A stretch of 63,496 nt of DNA, counting the filler, from Trichosphaerium sp. ATCC 40318 (lineage: Eukaryota; Protista; Tubulinea): NCBI GenBank assembly GCA_038496445.1. It is 3 parts of 3 records of this genome, joined end to end, with 100 filler letters (N's around TTAATTAATTAA, not from the genome) between each part and the next. Parts side by side here need not be neighbours in the genome. Positions count along the whole stretch, not along the records: positions 1 to 27,340 come from JALMLS010000002.1; 2 more parts are not named here. One strand, given 5' to 3'. The notes beneath the pieces were generated by a model. It was not told where the DNA came from. It did no database searches and saw nothing but the letters and a program-made list of their open reading frames with translations. Below, in pieces: positions 11,439 through 24,497 of the stretch. Position numbers and translations under genes: made by a program. Numbering within the stretch: the stretch's first letter is position 1; each line of letters begins with the position of its first letter.

Positions 11439-14024
11439 ATGAATTACAGTGGATATGCATTTGTTCTCGTTGCCATCATTATCGGGTTGGCCGCAACACA
11501 AACCCCTAACGCCTTTATAAGTTCTGGAACCAGTGGATTCCAAATACGCATGATTGCAAGCGATAACATAGTTGTACACTGTACGTATCACAAAAAGTAG
11601 TGTTTTTTTTTAAATAACTGTATCGTAGCATGCTCAACCCCTTCAGGGATAAGAGCAATGACATACTTGCCTTCCAAAAACTTGCTTTTTGTTGCAACAC
11701 TTGCAAGTTCACCAACCCCAACCTTCCTTATTATGGATCCTTATACATGTCAAATACAGGTACACAGCCGCCAAGAAAATAGTCTACCTTCAAAAAACTC
11801 AATTTTCGCCTTCGTTTTTTGTTATTTTCAAAATCTACGCGTACCTGGTGGCCCTGGTATATGTAACCTTTGTTTCGAGCGAAATAAAGTGTATTAATAT
11901 TGTTTACAGAAGGAATGCTTTTTAAGCAGCGATATACGATCAATAAGCGTAGATCCAAACACTGAGATACTTTACGGCATTACTAGTGGAAATGAAATCG
12001 GAACTACGTTTTTTGGAAATAGACTACTCAACTTCTGATATGACTTTTAAACTTGCTTGTGAAGCTAATTTAACTGTTTCAAGGACAGAGCGTACGTCTA
12101 GACTTCATTTTCTAAATGACAAAACGAGAACTACGCTGGAATTTCTTTTCGCTTAAAAGTTGATATTTCCGACATCAATGTTGTTGCGAAAGCTATTTAC
12201 TTGCGGAGTAACGAAAGCGTTTACTACATTGGGACTAATTGCTTCTATCAATAGTTGCGTTTAGCGACTCAACACTGGTAGTAGGTGGCAACCAAAAAAT
12301 GTCAGCTATTCCTTCTTTTAATGCGCCAAATTGCACTGCATCTACAACAGGCACTAGCCCAGATGGAGGCATGTTTATTGTCCAACTTTCTTTTTTTTCT
12401 GATATTCTTTTCCCTTACTGGTATGTGTTTGTAATGTCTTAAGTTCCTTTTTTTTTTCTGATTTACTCTTCTTAGCAATCGCTTTTATTTCAGATGATGA
12501 AGTGGTTACATCGTCTTTTTCAGGCTTCAATAAATTTAATATCAACACAGGAGCAATATCAGACTACTCCACAAGTATATCAAATGGACGTGTAATCACA
12601 TCAATGTTCTATGATGTGTCAACAACAATCGCTCCTTTTACTACTGCATCACCTAGTACTGAAGCACCCACTCTACAACCTACAATAGCTCCAGATGGAG
12701 GTGTAATAGATGTGTTTATCATGGGAAAGTCAGGAACAGTAGGATTTGATTATCGGATGATTTCAAATACTAGTGATATTGTTGGTTGTAAGTATTGATC
12801 TTTTGACAACGCTCGTGTTTTGACCTTTTTATTAGCTTGTTCTACACCGGCTCTAGAAAACATTCCTTTTGCACAAGAATATAGCAGTGCTATCGATAAA
12901 GTCATATACATCAATGCCAATAAGAGGATTTTCACGGTTGATCCCTACACATGTGAAATAGTACGTTGCTGTTTTCGTTTTATTGTGACAAGTTGTTTAT
13001 GTATTAAAGTGGTTTTGAATATGATAAGAGTTGCACTATTCCCGCTAATACATTCGGTTTGATTGTAGACAAAGAAAGCGGACGTATTTTTGGTGAGAGT
13101 TTTGGCGATACTGTCCTGGAAATTGATATGGATACGTGTTCATTTTCTCATCATTGCAGCGACCAAACATTTTTAGCATCTGCAGGTACAATACTAAAAT
13201 ATTTACTTTTGATCTGGGTGTAATTAACCCTGCGTTAGGTACACTTATTGATGGTGTTCTGTATATTGCTGGTGATATCGGAATAAGTAAATCGTTTAAT
13301 TTTATGGAGGGATCATGTGCTCCAAACATAACAGCTGGAGGCCTTTGTGACATTGCTGGTATGTCCATTAATCATTCACTCATTATTTTACTTCTCAAAC
13401 TGACAAATGCGCACAGGTCTGACTGCAATATCGAGTGAAGTTCTTGTTGGCTCTTGTAGAAATGGCAACTTAGTACACATCAATGCAACAACTCTTTCTC
13501 TTATAAAAACAGATGTGAATGTTGGTGTCAGTTTGGGAATCTCTTCTTTCAAATACAACCCTCCTCCACCACCTACAACTTTGCCTCCAACGACATTACC
13601 CCCAACTGCACTTCCTACAACTCTACCCCCAGCTACACTTCCTACAACTCTACCTCCAACGACATTACCCCCAACTACACTTCCTACAACAACTTTGCCT
13701 CCAACGACATTATCCCCAACTGCACTTCCTACAACAACTTTGCCTCCAACGACATTACCCCCAACTACACTTCCTACAACAACTCTACCTCCAACGACAT
13801 TACCCCCAACTACACTTTCTCCAACAACGGCGTCACCTACCACAGAGGCACCAACAACCCTGCCGCCAATTACTATAACACCTACAGCTGGAATACCAAC
13901 ACAACCTTCAAACCCTACAACAACCCCAACATTCGTGTCAGTAACATCAAGTTCTACAACAACAAAACTCTACATACTGTTCAATATGTTAATTCTTCTT
14001 GGTTTGTTCTGTTTTCTCCAATAA
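11439..14024 (+). CDS. Multi-exon secreted, probably GPI-anchored surface protein with mucin-like stalk
   Basis: Signal peptide MNYSGYAFVLVAIIIGLAA, an internally duplicated module (DPYTCQI / DPYTCEI), TTLPP repeats, and hydrophobic C-terminus LYILFNMLILLGLFCFLQ*. Confidence 0.75.
13570..13830 (+). repeat. Coding tandem repeat (TTLPP/TTLPT, ~15-bp units)
   Basis: Repeated ccaacgacattacccccaactacacttcctacaac blocks. Confidence 0.9.
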
Positions 14025-14323
14025 ATATTGTCGGTATTCTTATTACGTATTTTGTAGCTTACTTAACTGGCTCTTATTTGTTAGTAAGACATACCCACCT
14101 TTAAGGAAAAGATACAGCTAAGGATAATGTGTAAGCTCATCTTTGAAATTAAAAACAACATCCCTATTGTTACCGCCATCTCTCGTTGGTTCAAACCTCA
14201 ATATCTCTGTTCCTACCTACCACCAATACTTGAATCTAATAAAAATCGAATAATTTTAGAACAAATATTTGAACAATCGTAGGGCAAAATTCAAAATACA
14301 CAAAAAGAGTAACAAAACAAACT

Positions 14324-16223
14324 TTATTCATTTCCAATAACTACTTTTCTATTGTTGATCTTAATTCCAAAGTTCTGCGTCGCTTGTCAGAGTTAAATGG
14401 TTGTACTACATCTTTTACACTCTACATACAACATCAAAATCATGATAGTGATAAATATCTTAAAATATTCTCACAAAATCGACAAGAACGTACTGGTACA
14501 TAATACACGAGTATTGCTATAACAGCAACAGCGATAACGATGATAATGACAATAGCGATTAGCAAATATGCCCACCACTTGAGACATGTGTCTTTGATTG
14601 TTAAAGCAACTGAAAATTGAGATTGTTTCCATTGTTCTTCAAACTCTGCTTTCTTGCAGTTATCAGAGTGTATAACTTGTATCTCTGAGAAACGTTCGGT
14701 ATCATTCATACAGTTAAACGTCAACAAAGTTCTTTCACTATCATTTGTATCATCAGTAACAATAATGAGCTTCCCTGATGGATTAAAACATCCTGACACA
14801 ATATTAAAGGTTGATGCTGGATTAGTTACAATTACCTGTAATATTTAAGCTACCACCGTTGCTAAATCGAAGTGTTTGATTGCTTTGAAGATTATAGTCA
14901 CCGGAAAAGATAACGTTTGTATCTATCAAGGCATTGTCAGGTAATTCTGTAACAATCACAATAGAAGAAGATGGCGCATTTGTTTGTGGTGCTATCGGTG
15001 ATGGCTCAATTATTCGCCTTGTTACAAATTAGCATTGCTTTCTCTTGTTTGTATTCCTTACCCATCCAACAACAATTGAGGAGGTCGTGTCCCTATAAGA
15101 TCTACTGTAACATCCTTGGCTTTCACAACTGGATCAAAAGTGTTTTCGAAATTAAAGTAGTAAAGTAAGCTTGGATCATTGACGTTAACATTGTTTGCAA
15201 GTTGAGCTACTTCAGCTCGGCTTAACGTCCTAGCTGAAAATAAGAAAAAAAAACTAGAAGAGATTCTTCGCCATCACCTGTTCCATATTGTGTATTCATC
15301 TATTTCGCCCTTGATAGACATTATTGAAGGTATTGTGGTATTATGTCTATGAAACTTACTCGGAATCCATATTGAGCAATTTCTTCGTCGTTTGATGGAT
15401 ACGAGTATCCAATACTAAAAAAATTCTGACAAAGTTAGTTTTTGGGTAGTAATTTGGTATTGTACCTGCTCGGAGCTCTGTATTGGACAACTTACTCCGC
15501 TTTGTAGATGGTGTGACTGATCACCATCGATAGTTTCCAAAGTTACCGAGTTGTCACTTACCCGGTAAGAGAAGAAAACAAAACTCTAAAAAAACCAGTA
15601 AGTGATATTTGTTAAAGCCATTCATGTATTACCCAGTTTCCACTCTTTACAGCTGGGTGTGCATTGGGCAAAAAATGGATGGGTATTTTCGTAAAACAAG
15701 GTCCCCTAGGCCCTCTCTCAAACGTTAGTTGCCTCTTTGAAAGGCTCCTGTCGTAATCACCAACACCGAAGAAAAAGCCCCAAGGTATTTCAAGTCCAGG
15801 AGGAGAATTAGCGAATACCATAAAGAGACGACAATAATTATTGTCGTCACATTCCCTTATGATAGGTCAGTACCATTTTAACCACAGCTGAATACCAAAA
15901 ACAAAAGTAAATCTAGCAGCTTACTTGTCAGTGTCGTTAAGCTTCACCCATGCTCCAACAGATATCTCGTCGTAATCACGAAAGTTTTCATTGTTAATGC
16001 GTATCCCACCATTATTTATAGATTCATCTGCTCTACCATTAAACAATACAGACATTCCTGAAGGACGACCTTGGTGATAATTTAGTTTTTGTTTAGACGG
16101 AATTAAATCAAAAATAACAGCTATCAAATACACCAGAAAGAATGTCAATGATGTGAGGTACGTGCATAAACCGGGTAGGATCAAACAAATAAATACAAAG
16201 GCAATTAGTGTAGAGGTCAGCAT
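14324..16223 (-). CDS. Multi-exon type I membrane protein with LamG/concanavalin-A-like domain
   Basis: Signal peptide MLTSTLIAFVFICLILPGLC, ISVGAWVKL, spliced GEIDEYTIWNR-TLSRAEVAQL, TM segment WWAYLLIAIVIIIVIAVAVIAILVYY, and a short tail exon ending ...VIGNE*. Confidence 0.75.
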
Positions 16224-16876
16224 GGCTTTTGATCAGCGACAGTGGTATAGCCGTTAATTTTAACAACGCTAGTATGCTTTTTAATTGATCAAGTGTTGTT
16301 CACTTTGTCGTTAATCTTAAGGCAACAAAGTCAGTTATTTGTGAACTTTTGATCAAGTGGTATTTAACATAGGAACTTGATCTTTGGCCTTGTTTTAGCG
16401 TCTCCTTCTTTAAACTTAACTCGTAATAGGAATTTTTCGGGATTTTTTATGATTACGCAAAGGAGTTTGATTCGCAATACGCACAGCACGTATTAGTACC
16501 TTTATAAACACTAATAAGAGCAAATCTTAAAATCTATGCAGTAGCATTTACATGTAAATGTTGTCTATGAAAAGATGCTGCAAGGAATAATTTAGGAGTC
16601 TTTTTCTCATATCGGCGAGCGACAACCTAGTGAAAAGCTTGCTTAGTGATTATAGCAAAAAATAAAGATGGTTCCTATTCAGGAACCTGCCGAAATTTAA
16701 ATGTAAAATCCATCGTTCCAAACAAAAACTAAAAATATCACGTGATTTTAACCACAAAACCTATAACTCTGGACATTCGTGTAAGAAGGTTCAATGAGAA
16801 ATATATGATACTAAACAAATCGTTTTTAACCGTTTGATTACAACTGACCGGCGTAAGCAAGTACGTTACATGTACA

Positions 16877-17704
16877 ATGTCATCTAAACAGCTATCATCA
16901 ATAAAACAAATCCTGGGTCTCCAATGGATACCACCAGAGGTATTAACGCTTATTTTGCGGTATTTACAAAGGAAAGAGCGTATTAGAGCGTCTGCAGTAT
17001 CTCACTTGTTTAACGACATCATTCGGAACAATATTGGGTTTGATCGCATTTTTTTGAAACAAGCATCAGATTGTTGCGTTCTCAGGAGCAGTCCGTTGCT
17101 TAAAAACACTTTAATTGATTGTAGTTATTTGGAAATATCTGCTGGCAACATGGCTTGCCTGTACGGTGTTCGCAAAATAGATCTACGACAAGCCAAAGTA
17201 AGTGATAAAGCTATACTTGCTTTGCAAACAAATCAAGTTCATACGATAAACCTGTCAAATACAACTGTAACAGATATTTCTTTAAAAGCTCTTGGTGCTG
17301 GTGTACATACTATTGACGTTTTTCGTTGTCCAAACATTACTGTTGAAGGAGTAGAAGCACTTAAGAATGTTCACAAAATCGTTCTTAGTAATCCACAAGA
17401 CTCATGGCTCGAACATCTTATTAATGTTCATACTGTTGATATTTATGAAGGACAAGTGACTACTGATGATGGAATTAAAGCCTTGAGTAATGTCAAACAT
17501 CTAACACTTTGTTTTTGTGACACCATAACAGATGGAGGTTTACAGCATTTGGTTAATCTAGAGCGTCTTAATATAGTGCATTCCAGAAATATCACAAACT
17601 CATGTTTAAAACACATGAAATCTCTTAGATCCGTTACAACCAGTAAAAGCTGTCATATCACAAGAGAAGCAGTTGAGGCGCTGGGTATAAAGTGGCTTAA
17701 ATAA
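16877..17704 (+). CDS. Intronless F-box/LRR protein (275 aa)
   Basis: LQWIPPEVLTLILRYL F-box plus LRRs. Clear paralog of the 4570 and 24498 genes. Confidence 0.9.
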   Translation: MSSKQLSSIKQILGLQWIPPEVLTLILRYLQRKERIRASAVSHLFNDIIRNNIGFDRIFLKQASDCCVLRSSPLLKNTLIDCSYLEISAGNMACLYGVRKIDLRQAKVSDKAILALQTNQVHTINLSNTTVTDISLKALGAGVHTIDVFRCPNITVEGVEALKNVHKIVLSNPQDSWLEHLINVHTVDIYEGQVTTDDGIKALSNVKHLTLCFCDTITDGGLQHLVNLERLNIVHSRNITNSCLKHMKSLRSVTTSKSCHITREAVEALGIKWLK

Positions 17705-18153
17705 TCCAACACCCCTCAATTCTAAGAAAAGGAAGTTCAATTATTTTTCCTTGTACACCACAATTTCAATACACCATTTACAATATTTATGCTGTTGAGT
17801 TGTTGTCAAATTTTCAAGTGCATACTGAGTATTTGAATGCTAGTTCAAATATTATACTTATACCACGTTGCTCTCTTAAAATAGATACCTTGCGTTTACT
17901 GTTTTGCAGGCAACAACTTTCAACATTGAAATCCAAAACCAACATAGCGAGAGTGACCCACTGTGGTATAGCTGCCGGACATTCGGCGTTATAATTTCTC
18001 CATTAGCAACAAGTTGCTCTATTATGTATCTCAAGCGTATACACTGTTTTACCTAGTACTAGGTAGGACTCTTGTACACAGTGGAAAACAACAGCACGCG
18101 AAGCAATGGTTCACTTAAACATACTGATTTTTTCGCACCCAGTATCGATCATA

Positions 18154-20023
18154 ATGAACACTAAGCACCTTGTGTTTGTTGTTGTATTGCTGTCATTTAG
18201 AAGTATGTTACCTTCAACTATAAATACGGTATAGCCAGCTAATAAATGTACACAGTAGCATCTGGTTTGGAGTTGAATGAGTGGGGTGATTTGCGTGCTC
18301 TAGGCTTTGAAGGTGTGCTTGAGGATACTGATCAAGACATACGTGATCCAGTTATCGCAACTGGTTCATTACCAGATAAAGGGGATGTTGTATGCATAGC
18401 AGTGCGTATCGCTAGTACTGTAGATGGATCTCTGGCAATTTCTGGGTTCGCTGTAATGATGGGAACAAGACAAGGCAAGAACACGTGTTTTATTTGCTTT
18501 TTCTCGCTCTTTGGGCTATTATTAAACAAATAGTTTGTAGAAATATCTGGTGGAACAGCAAGTGTGGTTAGAATAACAGCGAGATCAGCTTTTGTACAAG
18601 TTATTTATGGCAAGGATGAATTTGCAATTTTGAGTCGAGATACAGTTGCAACTTCAAGGTATACAATGTTTCTCCGCTTTGTTAGTTATACTGGAGGAGT
18701 ACGTGCTGAAGAGCTTCCATAGTGTTAATTTTGCATAGGATTTGACGGTGTCGGATCCTCTTGAACTACATACTGGGACAACAGTGTATGATGCACAGTT
18801 AGGCTTTACATTTGCAAGACGTAAGTGACTTAACTTGTTAAGTTATCAGTACTAAACACGTGCGCTTTAGCTACGAGTACTTACTTGATTGTGAGAGAAT
18901 CATATTTTCCTATTTTTGTAAATGCGGACAAGCGAGTTAAAAAACTGAACACTAACTGTACATACAACAACTGATTAAGGTACTTTTAACTAATCAACAC
19001 TTAGTTATTCCCTCCATGACTTTACCAGTCAGAGACACAACAGCTGTTGCTATGGATGAGTGCTTCCTTTTCTTATTTCACAGGGGTAGTAACATCGAAA
19101 CAAGGACAATCACTTCTCCATACACAGAGGTAAATAACAAAAAAGCTCTTTTGTTTACATGTCTTTAACTTGTGATTAGATGATGGACCTTACATCTAAT
19201 AGAGGTGTCACAACTCACTTCTTTCGTGATGTCGCTTATGAACCTGTTTCAAAACAAGCTGCTGTGTTGTCATTTTTATTTTTAGATACAGTGCGACTGA
19301 CACAGCTTACGCTAGACTGCTTTGATTCGCGACAAGTCCCTAAAAAAGTTCACGAAGATGTTATTGCAACAGACATAGAAATTGATTCAAAATCTAACAA
19401 CGTAGTCATAGCTCCGGCTGCAAATGATAGTAAAGCATTTATAGCTTCTGTTATAAGAACAAGTGGGCGTAGACAGACACTTCTGTTCTCCATCACAAGT
19501 GAAAACAATCACATTACAAAAATCTTACCAAATGAACCTTATCAACCTGTAACTCAGGACGTAGCTTGGATAGCCGAGAGTGGAACTAGATGCGGTTTAG
19601 GTGTGGTACGTGTTATCCATACTCATATTAATTCTAATAATAAATAAGGTTGTAACCCAAGGATCAACGACTGTGTCAATTTTTTTTGCGGATGAAACTT
19701 ACTTATGCCCACCTCCACCCACAGCGCCACCACCATCAGATCCACCCACTACAATTCCCCCTTCTACACGACCGCCAACGAAAACATCTATTGCTAATCC
19801 AGTGACGACGCCATCACCAAATCCAATACATACTCCGTCAACTGCAGGACCCAGTAGTTCGAACTCACCTGCTCAAGCAGGTGTTCCTATTGAAGAGCCA
19901 ACAACCAGTAGCCCTGATTCATTCACACCTCCGTACAATAGTACTCAACTATCTAGTGCAGTTGTATTAGAAAGTAGCATTGGTCTGCTTTGTGGATACT
20001 TGTTAGTCTGCCTTATCATATAA
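18154..20023 (+). CDS. Multi-exon secreted, probably GPI-anchored protein with Pro/Thr/Ser stalk
   Basis: Signal-like MNTKHLVFVVVLLSF, exons in ORFs 18246, 19180 and 19601, a PPPTAPPPSDPPTT stalk and a hydrophobic end. Confidence 0.65.
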
Positions 20024-20087
20024 ACAATATTGAAGTAAAGTACCTAAAAAGTCTTTGTTTGGTCAAAAATAAAAAAATAAGTTGAAA

Positions 20088-21157
20088 ATGAAAATGAAAG
20101 TTCAAGCCGCTTTTCTTCTCTTCTCCTCTTTCATCGTTTTATCTGCATCTCAATGCGCTTGGCAAACACAACCAACAGTATGGAACACTGTTGGTAAATT
20201 CGTTCTTTACAAAATAGATCAACCAAACACGCACGTGATCCTCTGTTACCACCTGTTCACTCTTTGTGTCTAATGCTTGTTTTTCTCCTTTTTTAAACAA
20301 CTTGTTTACATTTCTGTAGTCCTACTCTTCTCTCAACACAGTTGAGTCCTCCAGCAACACCAACATCATACAATAACTGGAAGAGTTGGGTACTGAAGAC
20401 TTTTTCATCTGCAGTTGACCTCTTGACCAACGAGCACTTCTCGAAGTACGTAAACGCACCAAACGTACAAAGAAAGTAAAACACTAACTTGAAAAAAAAG
20501 AGACAACGTAAAATCTTCGCTGGTGCTGGATTGTCAACCAAAAATTGGGATGTTATGTTGGACGGAAAAGTAGGAACAATATCAAACATCACATGCCTGG
20601 AATATCTGTTGTACAACCTCCAAAATGAAAGATTTCCATTAGATAAGAATCCGTCTGAGTTTGGCACATGGGTTCTTCAAAAGGCACGTGACAAAATAAA
20701 AAAGTGCCTGGAAAACGTAGCACAATTTGACTTGCGTAATGTTTAGGGGAATGATTGGCGCCTTTATGTACAACTAGGACCTGATGCCAGCGTTTCTCCA
20801 ACATCACAAATCACAAGTGCTGTAAGCGCAGATATCAGATCAGGATACACTTTTGTTTCATTCCTTCACCTTCACCCTTTCTTTCCAAATTTACCAGGTG
20901 ACATCGCTGGAACATGTGTGCCAAGCGATCCTGACTTGAATACATTCAAGTACTTCATGCAAAACGAGAACATGAAAAACGCATGGATCTGTAACGGCGT
21001 TTCAAGCTTCAAGTTTCCAATGACTCAATTGAATGTCTTCCTATCCGGTTCTTTGACGGGAGTAAAGAATACCACCAATGGATGTCTTGATTGTTTTCCA
21101 GACGATCAAAACATTGTAGATCTCACAGCAAGTAACGGCCATGTAGACCTATTGTAA
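20088..21157 (+). CDS. Secreted protein with JAB/MPN+ (JAMM)-like motif
   Basis: Signal peptide MKVQAAFLLFSSFIVLSAS. Spliced product reads ..NPSEFGTWVLQK|GNDWRL...SFLHLHPFF...VPSDPDL, which needs a GC-AG intron at ~20684-20746. Confidence 0.6.
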
Positions 21158-21557
21158 TAAACAAATACTCGTTGCTGGCACTTTTTTTCTTATTTTGAAC
21201 CTTGACATGATGTCTGCGTCTGACAGACCAAGTACCACCTTTGGGAATGTAACTTACATATGTTGACTATGGCCTGACATAGTTTCAAGCTGAAATACAC
21301 ACGATACTGTTTCAGGCAAGTCAACATAATATCTAGTACATTTATGGTTCTGAATCGGAAGAATCAATCGACAGACTGCTTTCAATTCGAAAGTAGCTAC
21401 ATTGATATTGCCCTTGTATGAGATGAGGTGGTGTTTTTAATAATTATTTATTGAAATACATGTTCCTTTTGCGATTAGAGTACTCTCGCAAGGAAATCTT
21501 TTTTTGAAAAAACTAAAGTCTAAACAACTTGATTACATCAAGATGGTTACCAACATT

Positions 21558-22922
21558 TTATGACCTTCCTGTTGTGATAACACAAGGTGAATTTTTCACG
21601 TGTTCTCCACCTATCATAATACGTATTTCGTATTCAGAATTTTGTTCTGTAGGTGTGAAAGAAACTGAGCAATTGCCTTGTTTGTAAGGATTAACATTAC
21701 TGCTTGGGTCAACTTCATTCTATCGTACCATCTTGATGATCTCTCAGTTTAACACCTTTGAGTTTATTTCCTTGGCCATCAACATCAAGACTAGCACCAC
21801 CTGAGGTTAAACAAATTGTGAGCTATTGCATAGATTGTTGTGTAATTTGTTCCAAACTGTACCATTCAATACAGAAGCTCCGTTCATATCCTTTACTTGG
21901 ATAGTTATAGTTACTTGTTCATTTGCTTTTGCGTGCTTAGAATAGAAAGCTTCGGAATGTGTAGCATGTGCATGTTTAACTGAATTCATGTCAGCAAATT
22001 GTTGTACATTTTTTCTCAATAGAAGTAACGTACTCTCGGAGCAGCTGACCTCAACATTTTGAAAATATGTATCTGTACCAACAAGCAAAGAGAATATGTG
22101 CTTTACCGGCTTTGTTGGCATAAATTCAAAAGAGTAAGAACAATCCTACACAGGAATAAGAATATCTTAGAGCAAAAAACAGTTGTTGGATAAAGCGGAC
22201 GGCCGTACTCTATTATCTGAAGGTGTTATACGCATACGTGATGGTTCACTAAAAATCCAATTTATTTCATCTACTGGTAGCCTTCGAGACCTTCCCTATC
22301 AGTGGTTCAGTTTTCAGCAGAAAAAGTTGCTTTGATTTTAAACCGTTTTTTTTTTGGGATATCTTACCGTCTCATCCTTTGACAGTACAACCCATCTTGC
22401 TTTTTGACCAACGAACATCTCAGTAGGTCCCATTAAGGACAAATGACGTTCCTTTATAGACTTTAGACGATAGAAATAGAGAAACAATTGCCGTTTCTTA
22501 AAAAACCAGTAAAACCAAAAGCGTACGCCTCTAAAATCGCTGAGAGGCGATTCAATACGGTATTTTGCCATTTCTTCTTCGTCTCTGGCGCTAAGAGCTC
22601 CAGATATATCGGATAGAAGCTTAGATAGATCATTTCCTACACTGGCGCTATCACCTGTACTTTTGGGTACTAAACGAGGCACAATAGGTGTAACAACGCG
22701 TGGAGATGCCTGTGGAGTGATACTACCACCATAAGTACTTATTTCTGCAACGAGTTGCGCTAGTTCGTTTTCTATCATGTCGCTATCATCTTAGGCGCAT
22801 GATTAGAACTAGAAAGCAAAAGTATAATAAACCGAACCAGCTTTTACAACAGGAGCAGCCTTTTCTTGCTTCTCTACGCGAGGAGATTCCAATTGTGATA
22901 TTAGTGAGTCAATATCGTCCAT
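21558..22922 (-). CDS. Multi-exon protein with LD-like motifs and filamin-type Ig repeat(s)
   Basis: N-terminal MDDIDSLISQL, ELAQLVAEI, DLSKLLSDI. C-terminal VTITIQVKDMNG...SVSFTPTE..YEIRIMIGGEHVKNSP fits the filamin repeat consensus. Confidence 0.65.
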
Positions 22923-23136
22923 TTCAGTTTGTTCTAAATGCAAAAATAAGAATGCAGTGAGGCTGCGAATAAAAAAAGTCCAACGAAGTCCACACAAGAC
23001 CCTAGCACAAAAACACCACAAAACGATTCACTTTTTGGCACTTGTTGTTAGCGAGTCTACACAGCAAAGTACATTAAACGACGCAATAGTATAAGGCTTA
23101 ATTATAAAAGTTGCACACGTGCTTTGTTTTTAGTTT

Positions 23137-23915
23137 TTAGTATCTAATGCCTTGTCCATCCCAAAACCTGTGCTCACCTGCTTGTACACCTTGTATATAA
23201 TAACAGCGCTGCCAGATTTGTCCATTAGTATGCCAATATCTTAGTACACCGTGAACTCTACCGTTAACGTAGTTGCATTGTTCTTTTAATTTACCATTTT
23301 CATGCCAATGTTTGTATTCTCCTTCAGTCTTACCATTTATTAGACAATACTTCTTTGCCAAGTTGCCATTTTCATGCCATTGCTTGTATTCACCTTCTAT
23401 TTTACCCTCTACATAATGATATAGGGCTGCTATTTTACCGTTTTCATGCCACTCCTTGTACTCTCCTTCTCTTTTATCATTTGCAAACTCACACTTCACC
23501 CTTACTTTGCCATCAATGTACCACCTCTTGTATTCTCCATGTAGTTTACCCTCTTTGTATTTGCACTGCATCTTCAGTTTCTCGGAATAAGTACCAGTAT
23601 GCCACTCCTTGCTTGTTCCGTGCAGTAGACCATGATTGAAGTACTGTTGACAAGCCAGTACTCCGTCTATTCTCTTCAACCACTTACCATTTTTGTTCAA
23701 GTCCTTATCAAACCTTGTTGTAGACGCCGCATATTTTGACATTAGAGGCCATTTAAGATATATCTCATTGTCCAAATCAATAATATCAAGTTGCAGCTCC
23801 ACAGGAAGGTGTAAAACGCTGTAGTGCTCAGCAAGCTTGACGGTACTAGTCTATTTGAGGTGATTTAGTTACGTAAAGTTAGCTAGTAATGCAGTACCTT
23901 TTTATAGTGTGCCAT
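23137..23915 (-). CDS. MORN-variant (YwqK-like) repeat protein with F-box-like N-terminus
   Basis: Repeats of EGEYKEWHENGK in ORF 23137-23802, upstream HLPVELQLDII, and a short first exon MAHYKK with a GT-AG intron at ~23850-23897. Confidence 0.8.
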
Positions 23916-24497
23916 CCTTTATTTATGATGGACACAGCCGTTGTGAAACGATAGTGTGCCATAGTGGTGAACTAACCAAAACCCTTTAACACAACAATCA
24001 AGTCCCTTTCTTTTTTAAATATATTAAGGCTCCTGTGTAGGAAATACCATTAAAAGAATATCCAATACCTAGAATGTATTAGTAAAATTTTCTTAGAATT
24101 GTTAATGTCTAGATTTCGTTGCATAAACCTCAAGCATCTAAAATATAGCGCAGGTACACTTTGGTTGTAACCAAAACATCCAATTTAACAAAAACAATAC
24201 AACCACCCAAACAATCAATCCTACACTGAAAGCCAAAGGATAATACTTGAAACGTGTGACAAAGACAACTGTTGCTCGATTATGTCATGGTAAAGGAGGC
24301 CGATGCTATTCACAATGTGATGAGCACTTAAAGCGTACACGAAAGTATCGTAAACAGTTGTGTAGAAGTGAAGGTATCCAAGCACTCAAGGGCGTTTATA
24401 GTATTTATCTCAAAGAGTGTAAGAACCGTGGTACAACAAAACTGGGGTCAGACAACACAATGTCACTAGCATCTTTAGTTAACTTGCAATTTGTACT

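Noticed and set aside
13388-13878. ORFs 13388-13843 (-) and 13519-13878 (+)
   Set aside because: Shadow frames of the TTLPP coding repeat.
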